64,000 nucleotides of DNA, from the NCBI GenBank assembly GCA_016748015.1, contig JAAOMT010000175.1, positions 470,212-534,211 of the forward strand. The letters are read 5' to 3'. The number at the start of each line of letters is the position of its first letter. Positions within the stretch are counted from its first letter, which is position 1. The DNA comes from Geosiphon pyriformis uo1. Taxonomy: Eukaryota > Fungi > Glomeromycota. Positions 25,601-37,509 of this stretch are shown here, one piece after another. The translations under genes were made by a program, and so were the position numbers. Under the pieces are notes generated by a model, which worked only from the letters and a program-made list of their open reading frames with translations, was not told the origin of the DNA and ran no database searches.

Positions 25601-26686
25601 TTGGCAAAGTGTACAAAAGAGCTTTATAAACATTACATGCATCCCATAATTCTTTGTTCATATTAGATCTAGCAACATGCACAGCATCCTTCCCAATTAG
25701 AATAGATCAGCATACTGTGACCAAATCAGCATGCTTAACCTGTTCAAATTTAATCACAGTTTTCTGCCACAGCCCCACCAATTGCATCTTGATTGACTTA
25801 ATAATACCAAACTTAGATAGCACAGCATGCACAGCCTTAGTTGAAGTACCAATTGGAATCTTCATCAACACCACAGCCCGATCTGAACACCCAAATGATT
25901 TCTTAAGATCAGAATTTACCATAATTTTTGCTTTTTCAGCCTTTTTAGAAGCCTGCACCCAACTTAATTTGGAAGTGAACGTCACTCTGATAATTCCAAC
26001 AAATTTTGAAGGGGTAGAGACCCTCCCAAAACCATTAATTTTTGAAAACAACTTTCTGACTATCTGAAGCTTTTCTTGAGAAAATTTTCCAACCACTTTG
26101 TCCAAACCAATATCCAAAATGAAGGATTTACAAACAGAAATGTTGACCAGATTTTTTAAAGGTAGGGAAAATTCCAATGGAGCATTTAAGAAGACATTAT
26201 CTTCATTGTTGCTTAAAGAGAAATCAATTTTTCCCAAAGACTTGCCCAATGCCTTCTTGGTTTTAACTTTTAAACCAGTAGGTGTTTGATTAGAATCACC
26301 AGCAATAGCACCACCTTCACCATAATCAAAACTGGTCTTTTCTACCAAACACTTCTTTTTTATATCAATGCTATCAGACTTAGTAGTGTTACCAGTCTCT
26401 GAACCTCATGAGTGACTAGTTTAGATCTTAGAACCAACAATATTACCACTAAAACCATTCTCTAAAATACTACCTCTTTTTTTTTCTTAGAAGAACAGGC
26501 CTAAAGTCATTATTAGAACCAGAAATCTTAGCAGTTTTTTTCATGACAGCAATACTACAGCCAACAGTGGCCTCATAGTCAAGAATAAAGGGTTTAGATT
26601 TATCATACTGAATTGTAAAAAAAACTTCTTTCAAAAAAAACTTTGACTTTTTTTTGGGAATTTGGATGAAAAAGAGAAAGAAGTTT
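22653..26686 (-). mobile_element. LINE copy C, 5' piece: 5'UTR, ORF1, APE, linker and RT N-terminal half
   Basis: ORF1 ~26544-24756 with knuckle CAGCGKLGHTSLAC. ORF2 APE 23683-24750 (TCNIRG, TESK, DFN, IDY, DTDY). RT runs to ..DFGLTNGY*V at 22653. Confidence 0.92.
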
Positions 26687-27293
26687 TTTTACTTTTATTA
26701 ATATTTATAATTTTGTTTAAACTGTTAACTAATTCTATAGGCATAAATAAATTTATGTTGAAAAAAATAATTAAAAATATATATAAAATAAAGCTTTTTT
26801 TCGAAAATTTTTATAAAAAATTAATAAGGCAAAAAAGTATTGTTTTTATTAATTTTAATAGTATTTTAGATTTTATATATTTATTTTTTGTTTATTAATA
26901 ATTATTTTAATTTTTTGTATTATTAAATATTAAATATTAAATATTAAATTTGTTTTTTATTAAAGTTTAAATTATTATATATATATATAATCATAATATA
27001 ATATTTTTTTTTATTTTAAAATATTAATTAATATTATTACAAATTATTATTATAAATTAATATTATTATTATAAATTAGTACTTTTTATTATGTAAATTT
27101 TTTTTATTTTTAAATTATTGTTGTGTTATTTATGTATTTAATTATTATTTATATTATTTATAATTTGCTATTTTCTAATTAATAATATTTATTTAAATTT
27201 ATGTTTAATAATTTAAAAACAAATTTAATATATTTTTAATATTATTTAAAAAAATTATTTAATTAATAATTATATTTATATTTAAAACAAGTT

Positions 27294-29949
27294 GAATCAA
27301 GAAGAAATCTTTTCTCCACTCCTTTGAAGGATTTTTTATGATCCATTTTTGTGTGAAATAAAGAGACATGAGCATTTGTGTGGATACAAAATAGATACTA
27401 GATTTGTGGTAAAATCTAACAGAATTAAAACAATTAAAGGGAAAACTTTTTTTTTGGCTGTTGGTATCTTTGTAAATGATATGATTTGGGTTGGGAACTA
27501 TTAGGTTTTTATGCAGTATATTTTAAATATTGTTGAGTTTTTTGAGGTTAATAACATTTCTATAAATAATGATAAAACAGTGGCTATTTTCATTAATCAA
27601 GATATTAAGAATGTTTTGTTGTTGTTCAATAGCTTGCCAATTTTAATTGCTAAAAAGTGTGAGACATACCAATATTTGGGTATCTTCTTATTAACTAAGA
27701 ATCTCTCTAAATTCAGTTTGGTTCAAGCTCATATGAATGTCAAATTTTTTTTAATGTGGTATTAAAGAAGACTATTACAGATAAACAATTCTGTTACTTG
27801 GTTTTAGCAGTTTTATAACTGATTATTAGCTATTACACACAATTTAGTTTCGTTTCTTTAAGTATGTGTCATAAGTAGGATATGATGATTAAAAAAAGTC
27901 TTAGAGCCAAGGCTGATTTACTTCGTAATTTTTCCAGTAAAGTTTTACACTACTTATTTTTGTATGGTTTAAAGCTCTTTGAACAAGTGCAGTTTGAAGG
28001 AAAGCTGGCTTCTCTAATTTCATTTTTTAATAGCCATGGCATTTTTGAATATTTGTTTAATCATAAATTTTTGGATTTACAAGTTTTGGGTTGGTCCTCT
28101 CTGAATCTTCTACAATTTTTTGTTAGATTATGTGTTAGTCCTGTAAATAATTTTTTGGTAAAAGTAGTGAAAATTTTTTTGGTAAATAAGTTGTTACTGG
28201 CAAACAATTTGTCTTGTGTCTTCCATGAGTTTGGTATTTTTCTGATGTCTGGTATTTTGGATCAGTTTTTGTACTACAAATTTGTTTTTTTATTGAAGCA
28301 GTTTGATATTGCATTTGGTGACAGACTTCTTGACAAGAAAGACAAGATAATAGATTGGAAAACATTTTGGCATTGGAAGTGGTTGAATCTAAGAGGCCTT
28401 GTGCTTCACTGATTTACATTGGTATCTGATTTCATGAACAATTCTACTTTTTCAAAGATCAGAACTGCTGCTGTCTTTAGGGAAGATGTGTTAAATGTTT
28501 TGAATTCTAAAAGATTTTTTTTTGTTCATGATAGTTTGTTGGAGATATGGTCTGATTGCATCAAGATCTACATATATGAGTTTTTAAAAGGTGCTGGTTT
28601 CATTAAGATAGTAGGTGGGGCAGCTATGTACTTTCTGGCTGTAAATATGAGCATTGAGATTAAAATAGCTAAGCTTCTGTTCTCTATTTTGACTAAACTA
28701 CAGGCTGTGGCTTTGGCTTTAGAGTGTATTTCACCTTTATGCTCTGTGGTTCTGTACTTGGATAGCCAATTAGCAATTGATGCCTACATGTCTGAGACTT
28801 CTTTTATTGTGCCTGACTTTTACAACCAATGTTGAATTAAAAAATTGCAGATAGTCAATTTTCTTAAGAATAAAAACATTTCAATTAAATGGGTAAAAGT
28901 TAAGGACCATTCAGGTGTGCCTAACAATATTAAGGCTGATGTATTGGCAAGTAATACTACTTTTTCTTTTTTGGTTGCTGAAAAAACTGCTGTATTTGGC
29001 AATGCTCATTATTTTGTTTGCAATTTGCACCAATTAATTTGCCATGCCCATTGGAAGGCTGGTCCTGGTTTTAATATAGTTTTAAGTATTATGATTAAGA
29101 AGATAAATTGAGAGCCTACTGCAATAGTTTGACACCCTAATTCACACATGTTTTTAAAGTTTACTAGCAGGAAATCAGCCAATTTGCATACTTATTTAAT
29201 AAAGGCAGTTTATAGATGACTACTGATTGCAGTTAGGAAAAAATTATATGACAGAGGTTATCTTAAAGTATTATGTTTGCTGTATAGTGAGATGAAATTA
29301 TTTGATCATGATTTTATTTGTTCTGGTAACTCTGGTCTCCATAAGAACATTTTGGTTAAGACTGCTGAAAAATGGATGTTATTGTTTAGTTTTTTATGTT
29401 TATCTAATTCTACTGTTTTGTGTTTGTTAGTAACATGTTCTTTGAATATAAGTCTGTATACTGCTGTTTGCAAAAGTTTTGTGATGAGGAATTGGTATGC
29501 TAAAACTGTTTTGGTTTTTAAGAAAAAAGATAAAGCTGCTTTGGCCCTTGTAAAATACATTAGATTTATAATAAAGTTGTATTGAATTAAAGTATAGATT
29601 GTTAGGGCCAAACATAGAGTAAATATAAAAAAAACTGGCTTAGTCAGAGATGTCAGTGTGACTTTAGGCTTATTTTACTGTGTAGTATCTATGTTGTTAA
29701 TTGGGGTTGTCTATATTCTTAGTGTTATGGAATCTTTTGTTATTAGGTTTGGTAGATGCAAATTGTGTTATTTTTTTCTGGTTTAGGTAGTAATGTTTTT
29801 GTTAGTATAGAGTATAGTATTGCCTTGTCTGGCCTGAATAGCTGGCCATATGTAGTTAGTACATAAGCTGCATTTAGTTTGATCTATTTAGTCTGGTTGT
29901 ATATACTAGATAGCAATTGGGTTTTACTTGTAAAATTTATAATAATAAA
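27294..29949 (+). mobile_element. 5'-truncated LINE copy (RT C-terminus, RNase H, CCHC, 3'UTR)
   Basis: Begins within the LDQGE motif; contains FVND, LQAVALALE and KVKDHSGV; family 3'UTR. TSD AAAACAAGTT at 27284-27293 and 29950-29959. Confidence 0.88.
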
Positions 29950-31733
29950 AAAACAAGTTAAAAAACAAATTTAATATATTTACAATTATTAAATTATATT
30001 ATTTAATAAAATAATAAAAATAATAAAAATAAAATATGTATATTAAATTAAAATTAATATATAGTCAAATCTAAGATAATTTATATTCTTAATAAATACA
30101 AATTACTATAAATTATTACAAATTATGAGTTTTTTTTAGATTTAAGTATATATAGTATACATATAATAAAAATAGATATAATATTATTAAAAATTAAATT
30201 TATTTGCATATTTTTATAAAAATCTTTAAATAGTTTATATAATATTAAAGAAACTTATAAGAATTATTTGTTTTTGTTTATTTTGTATTCTTTTATAAAA
30301 TATATATTTAGCATAAACAAGTTTACTAATTATATTATAAATTTTTTTGTTATTTTTAAGCTCCATAAACTATTTAAGATTTGTAATAACAGTTAGTATA
30401 TCTTTATTACTTATTATTTTTTGTATCTTTTATTTTTTATTAGAGTTATTATACTTTGTTTTACAATTTGTTATAATATAATTTGCAATCTTATTATTAT
30501 CTAGATATTCCAAAATAATTGTATTGTTTTTTTCAGATAGATTTATCAACTTTTTAATTAATAAGTATATATATAATTAAACTCTTTATAACAATTTTTA
30601 ATCTTTTTTAATACTATTTTTTGATTATAAATAGCTATTATTTTCAAGTTTGTAGTTTTATTCTGAAAGTTTTTATTTGTATTGATTAAAAGAATATTAA
30701 CTTTGTATTAACAATGAACAATTATTTTAATTAAAACATTTTTTTATGTTTTATAAATTAGACACATTGCTTAAAGTTAGTTAATTGCATAAATATTATT
30801 AATACCATCATCAAAAAAATCCAATGCATAAAAAAAAAAATAGTAACAATAATATGTTTTAAAACAATAAATAATTCTAATATTTATAGATTAAATATGT
30901 GCTATTAAGTTAAATATAAACTGTTTTATATAAATATTTATAATAAAGCTTGTATTATAGTTGTAATTAGCAAAATTGTTTACTAATAACAATATGTTTT
31001 GGTTTTTTTTTATGTAGCTGATAGTCTTAATTAATAAGTTACTATTAAAAAATATTATTAGTTATCTAAGTGTAAATGTTTAAATAATATTAGAAACTAA
31101 ATTTTTTTCCTGTTTCTTTTAAAAACAGCATAAATGTTTAGTATAATTAATAATAAGTGGTAATATAATATAAAATAGTGCAATTTCATTCATGTTAAAA
31201 ATATTACATAACTTCTAATCAGCAAAAAGTGTTATTATATTTACTTATTTATCTTTAATATATTTAATATTGATTGATAATATATTATTATAAAAGTGAA
31301 GTAAATACAATTCAACACAGTCTTTAAAGCTTTTAAGCCAGTTATTAATTAGTTTTTGGTGCTTATTTTCTGAAATATCTAATTAATTATAGAATTTTAT
31401 GTTAGTAGCTTAAATTATATTTTCAGTAAGTATTATTTTACACAATTCTGTTTTTTGAACAAAAATTTGGTTTATTTTTAATCCAAACTGAAATTAGAGA
31501 CTATTTTATGTATAAAAAACTGTTTTTCTTAAAGTGCTTTGCAGTTTTTGATTGGTTTTTATTATTTGTATAATATTAATCAAGCACTATAAGCTTATTA
31601 TAAAATATAACATTCTTACAACTTTACAGAATATAAACTAAAAAGATAGCATGCTTTTTACTATTAGACATAATAGAATTAAAAGGCAAAGAAAAAGTAT
31701 AATTAAGACTTTGATTAGATAAAACTGATCTAA

Positions 31734-32390
31734 AAATCCGACTTGATTATTTACACAATTGATAATAATTTAAAACTTGAAACAATTTAAAACTCTGATT
31801 TGATTACTTACATAATTGATAATAATTTAGAACTTGGAACAATTTGAAATTCTGATTTGATTATTTATACAATTGATAATAATTTAAAACTTAAGACAAT
31901 TTGAATTCCAATTTAATTACATATACAATCAATAATAATTTAGAACTTAAGACTATTCAAAATTTTAACTTGATTATTTATACAATCAATGATAATTTAA
32001 AACTTGGAACAATTTGAAACTCTGACTTGATTACTTATACAATTGATAATAATTTAAAACTTGAGACAATTTAAAACTCTAACTTAATTATTCACAAGAT
32101 TAATAATAATTTAAAACTTGGAACAATTTAAAACTCTGACTTGATTACTCATACAATTGATGATAATTTAGAACTTGAAACAATTTAAAACTCTGACTTG
32201 ATTATTTACAAGATTAATAATAATTTAAAACTTGGGATAATTTGAAATTATGACTTAATTATTTACAAAATTAATAATAATTTAAAACTTGAAACAATTT
32301 AAAACTTCAACTTGATTACTTATACAATTGATAATAATTTAAAACTTGAGACAATTCGAAATTCTGACTTGATTACTTACATGATTAATA
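31734..32390. repeat. Minisatellite, 57-bp unit, ~11.5 copies
   Basis: Unit ~AACTCTGACTTGATTACTTACACAATTGATAATAATTTAGAACTTGGAACAATTTGA repeated head-to-tail without spacers. Confidence 0.95.
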
Positions 32391-33237
32391 ATTATTTTGT
32401 TGAATAAGTAATGTTACATTATCATATAGCATTTTTAGTTATGGAAATATTGGTTTGCTTTATCGCAATTTTACCAAAACTAGCAGAATTTAAACTAAAT
32501 TTTGCATCTGAAATAACTTATACTAATAGTAAAAAGTTATAAGTTATTGAGTATTACAGGTATGAGTTATAAACATAGGAATTCTTTAACTACAAAATTG
32601 GTAAATTCAAAATGCTATGGCTTATTACAGATTATAAGTTATCTTAATATGAGTTATCTTAGATTTAACTGTAATATTCTGTGATATTAAAGTATATATT
32701 AGTTTTATTATTATTATAATTGACAAAAATATTTATATGTAAAAAATACATTATATAAATTATATTTAATTGTTTTAAATTTAAAATTTTTATTAAATAC
32801 ATTTCTTTGATTGTTATTTTTTAATTGATAATATTTTTTTGATCAAAAGTTTTTGGGTTTGAAAATTTTTTCTAATAAAATATTTTGAACTTTTAATTTT
32901 TAAAACATGATTTATTTCAATTAATTGGAAAATATTTCTCATTAAATTAATAATCTTTTTAATTTTCGAAGATCATAGCAAAAAGTTCTAGAACGGTTAA
33001 ATTATTTTTTCTTGCACATACTTTTGATTTGGTCACAGTCAGTCAATTATGCAAAAAAAAAAATCAAGTAAACTTGTATATTGATAATTAAATTTCAGGG
33101 AAAAATCAAAAATCAATTGTTGAAAGATATTTAATTAAAATAGGGTCTTTTTATAATAATCTATTTTATTTATGGGGCTTTCATATGATTGTTATTTTCA
33201 TTCAATCCAGAGTAAGATTCTTTGTCATTTGTTTTTC

Positions 33238-33279
<42 letters not shown>

Positions 33280-35232
33280 ATTCCTTCTTTAAATGTATTA
33301 TGTTGAAATTCTAACCCCAAATTATTAATAGAAAAGCAAGATAGAAAACATGTACAGTGATAAATTCCAAAAAAAAAAAAAAAAAAAAAACTCGTATCAA
33401 AGCTGGTAGCGATTACCAAGGGTAGTACCATACCAAAAAGAAAAACAAAACAATATCAAACGTAAAAACAAGTTGTATTATCTCATTCGATGAACATTTT
33501 TCGCATATGCAAATACATAGTATCGAAACTTTTTTTCAAAAGGTGTAAATCAAGAATCTTGTCAATCAGTTATACTTTTTTTGATTTCTTGCGTACCATT
33601 TCAAACGATCAAAAGAAGGGGTTTCAGAGTTTAGCCTATCATCGATATTGAAAAGCAAAATCCCAAATCAAGAAAATATTATGGTGGAGAAAAAAGATGG
33701 TGACGAACCTAATCATAAAGTTAATAACATCAGCAGAGATTAGTAGTAATTTGGTAACAACAGGAAAAATGATTAATAACGATCAAAAAAAGGAAAGAGA
33801 AGTAACAATTGCATATAACGCAATGAACCACATAGAAGACAACGGAGAATCAAAAAACTTAAACTTTGGTTCTCCCTTTACATTTGGACTAAATGAATTT
33901 AGGAACTAAACCGAACAGATTTCTTACAAGTTGAAGACTCGGCAGTTAATTATTCCTGAAAATAATTTTTTTATGGCTATGAAAAATAGGATTTTTGCGG
34001 GTAACACTAAATGATACCACATTATATATTTGATATGCCATATTTATTTGTCATCGGAAAAATGGTTAAAATATTTTTTCATTTCCCAAGTTCACCTGAT
34101 CAATGCAAAAGCACATCATCAAGAAAAAAATTTTCTTTATATCTATTTTACACATGTTAAAGGCGTGTAAATGCGGAATTCGTTTCATAAAGGCTGGTAA
34201 ACGTTAAAATACGTATTCCTTTTTCTACAATTTTGGCAAATTCTCCCTTAAGAATTCGATTCTAATTAGATCCATATTTGTTTAATTTTTAGTCGTCATT
34301 TGCAAATTTATAGTTTTTATCAAATTATCAACTTTTAAAAATTTGGGGGTTGATATTGATCACTAATATTGAATCACTAATATTTTAGATGTATTAAATT
34401 AAATTTCTAATTCATTTTTATAGAGCTTCAAATATGACGGAAAAAACTTTTTTTCGTGTGTGAAAATTTAACGGAATAATTTCAATGCAAAAAAGAAAAT
34501 GAGTTATTTTAATCAAAAATTATTTCTCGGTCAAAGAATTATCATTTATTTTAAGGATTTCAGTATGTTTTTTTGTCTGGATAAATGTTGTTTTCCAGGA
34601 GAAAAATTTAAATCGACTTTTGACTCGATTTATCAAAGTTCATTTTATCATGAACTTTTGAATTCTTATTGAGGATCTCCCTCTCGAAATTCTTTGTTAT
34701 CTAAATGGTCCTATTCAAATTTATTAAAGAATAGAGTGCTTGCATGATGAATCTTCCAATAACAGATTAACCTTAGAGCTTATAATGGACTAAATATATA
34801 TTTCATTATTCTAGACCCCCCCCCCCAAAAAAAAAAAAAAAAAAAAAAACTTCAAACGAATGTGACACACCGTAGTAAATTTTTGGGAGAGACATTTAGT
34901 TTCAAATACCTCGAGCAACAATCTTGAAACCAAATCCAAGGAAAATAAATTATTATTTAAGAAGCTTACATAAACTCAAGCCTATTAATACAATATTATA
35001 ATCAATCAAGAAATCTTTACCTTTTTACCCTTTTTAAAAATTGCTCAAAAAATCATTTTCCCCTTGGACGTTTCATGTGTTTTCCCGATTTCGTATTTTG
35101 ATGGTAAAGTATTTTCAGTTGATTAAAACGCGACTTCCGCGTAATAATGGGATTTGCGAATGGGATGGTCTGACAAGCCACGAACACAGATAAAGATCAA
35201 AGATAAATTTATAGGTTATCCTAATGCCAAGT

Positions 35233-35281
35233 AAATCAAAATCAAATCAAATCAGATCAAATTAAATTAAATTAAATTAAA
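35233..35281. repeat. Pentanucleotide microsatellite (AAATC)n->(AAATT)n
   Basis: Seen directly. Confidence 0.8.
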
Positions 35282-35585
35282 AATATTCTATTCATTTCCC
35301 TTCTCAATAAAGCTATCTATAATCTTTGCCACGAAGACTCTCATTAAATGAACAAAAATAGATGGGAAGAATATCGATGCAGACATGAGAAACTTGTTAC
35401 ACGAGATGGCGTAACTTTTCGAGGATCATTTAACCCAACTTGGGCGACGTGATTGTATGTCTATTGTATGTCCCTATGCATGCACTCGAGACACTCGACT
35501 TTTCTTTCTTTTTTTTTTTCTTTTTCTCTCATTGGAAATATCATGACCTTTCTATATGAACAACTTATTCTATTTTCATGCTCTT

Positions 35586-35630
35586 AATAACAACAATAAT
35601 AATAACAATAACAACAACAACAACAACAAC
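35586..35630. repeat. (AAT/AAC)n microsatellite
   Basis: Seen directly. Confidence 0.85.
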
Positions 35631-36031
35631 AAAAATATACTTAGAATGTTCAGCGGTCTGTGAGGATGTTCTTGTTTAAAGCAAAGTTTTAATTTTTCAT
35701 AATCACGATATCTGGCCATAATGGTTAGAACAATTACAATTAAATCATTGACACAATGAATGCGTAATATTGAATTTATATGCAACTCAGAGATCATGGA
35801 GAAAGAGGGTGAGTAAGATAAAAAAGGGTATGATATGGAAGAATCATTTGAAAAAAAAAACTTTAAAAATCTCAATTGATTGCTTTTTTTTTCTCTCAAA
35901 CTTCTTCCACTTTCACAACACAACACAACACAACCTAATCCAATCCTATCATTCTGTTTCAAAAATTTATCTTTCAAAAAACAACCTAATCAAATATTAT
36001 TTCTCCATCTTAATTATTGTTCTTCTTAAAA

Positions 36032-37509
36032 ATGGCTCCAGCAACAAGTAAACCATTACTAGATATTCAATTAAAACAAGTAAACCAAGTTGTAGAAGTA
36101 ATCAAACAACTCCCCAGTGACCCCTCTCACCTTCTCACCGGCAAACCTGAAGAAACGCTTACACTCTCGGTAACACTCGCCCCAAAAAGTCGTCTAGAAA
36201 TCGCAGCAATCTCAAGCATAATTCAATACTCATGTGATTTGGTGCTCACTAAACTCGTACATGACGTTCGACTCGACTTCTCACAAGTTAAACTCCCGTT
36301 CACCTTCCCATCACAAAAATCAATTCGTGATATTCTTTTCGCAAAAGGTGAAAATTCAATTGTGTTGGAACTTGTGAGTAAAGATTGTCGATTGACCGTT
36401 TTTCGACGAAATGATCATGCACATCGTGATGAGTGGTATGAGACGGTAAAGAATTGGAGACATGATCTGCCATCAAGGTTTCATTTGATGTTGAATGAAT
36501 TGGTTGAGAATATTTCCGCCCATGCTCAACTTCCCGAAGAACGGTTTTGTTTCACCGTCGGCTTATTGTTCTCCCAAAAAAAGGTAGATAAATGTTGATA
36601 ATGCTGACATAATTACAGCAAATTTGTCAATGATATTCATTGCATAAATTGATTGATTTATTGATGTTGTTTGTTTGGGATCTTTAGTTGTATTATTGTG
36701 TCGCCGATAGTGGAGTCGGCCTAAAAGGTTCCCTCAATGAAGCAATTGTTTCTGAGGCAAAAGATGTTGCATCACGAGCTTGTGCTTTACACTTGACACG
36801 GGCTCATTTCACATCAAAAGGTTTAGAGCGTGGTCATCAAGGTGTCGGATTGTTTATCACCAGTGAACTGTCTACTATGAACAAAGCCTATTTGGAAATT
36901 TTATCCGGCGTACAAGAATATGAGCAACGAGGTAAATTATTTTTCTAATTAAAAAAATTATTTTTAATTAATGAGATAAATATTTGCTCACTAAATAACC
37001 ATCTTTTTTATCCCCCTTCAAAAATTAAACCAGACACAACGGTAACAAGTGTCCGAGCAATGGCCAAATGGAAAGGAACAATGGTTCACGGTGCTATTAA
37101 TCTTGATCAAGAATTTAACTATCGCCACGCAATGAAACTATTCGCCGAACCATCCGCAATTAGTAAAGATCGCTTCCTCGTATGTCAAATAAGTCTCAAT
37201 GTGTACGGTCAACGAACTCTTCGTACACGAGAACTTTGCGAAGAAATTATTCAGGATTTAGAAATCGCTGCCGAACGATCATCCAAAATTATTCTAGATT
37301 TTAAAAATATCGATGAAATCAGTCAAGCGTTCCACGGGTTCTTACGAAGATTTGTTGCTAATCATAAAAAAATACGAATTATGATCATGGTTCCACCCGA
37401 GGCCGACGCTGATTTGAAAGAAGATTTGGAAGATTTGAATCGATTGGCGAATGAGAATTGGATTGAAGAAGGGTCGGATGAGTCGCTATCTGATCCTGAG
37501 AGTGTTTAA
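36032..37509 (+). CDS. Intact 3-exon gene, join(36032..36583,36688..36931,37034..37509), 423 aa: GHKL/HATPase_c anti-sigma-factor-type kinase domain + C-terminal STAS-like (DUF4325-like) domain
   Basis: GT-AG introns 36584-36687 and 36932-37033 join three ORFs in frame (1272 nt). N-box NELVENISAH, G1 VADSGVG, G2 HQGVGL, WKGT. C-terminal LRTRE..IILDFKNIDEISQAF. CpG retained; no internal stops. Confidence 0.9.

Noticed and set aside
18402-26289. Numerous plus-strand ORFs antisense to the LINE
   Set aside because: Shadow ORFs of the minus-strand LINE coding sequence.
30000-31700. Decayed DNA-transposon (MULE/Helitron) coding region
   Set aside because: Coding-like texture only; no catalytic motif can be read.
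31734-32390. CRISPR-like array
   Set aside because: Units are contiguous with no unique spacers, there are no cas genes, and the context is eukaryotic.
33225-33431. Minus-strand ORF with poly-Phe/poly-Lys
   Set aside because: Artefact of homopolymer T and A runs.
33600-33960. ORF 33697-33909 as a second gene in the island
   Set aside because: Short, with no recognisable motif and no convincing splice structure; a pseudogene fragment cannot be excluded.
35576-36051. ORFs 35576-35977(-) and 35770-36051(+)
   Set aside because: Low-complexity translations of microsatellite and 5'UTR sequence (poly-Leu), with no domain signal.
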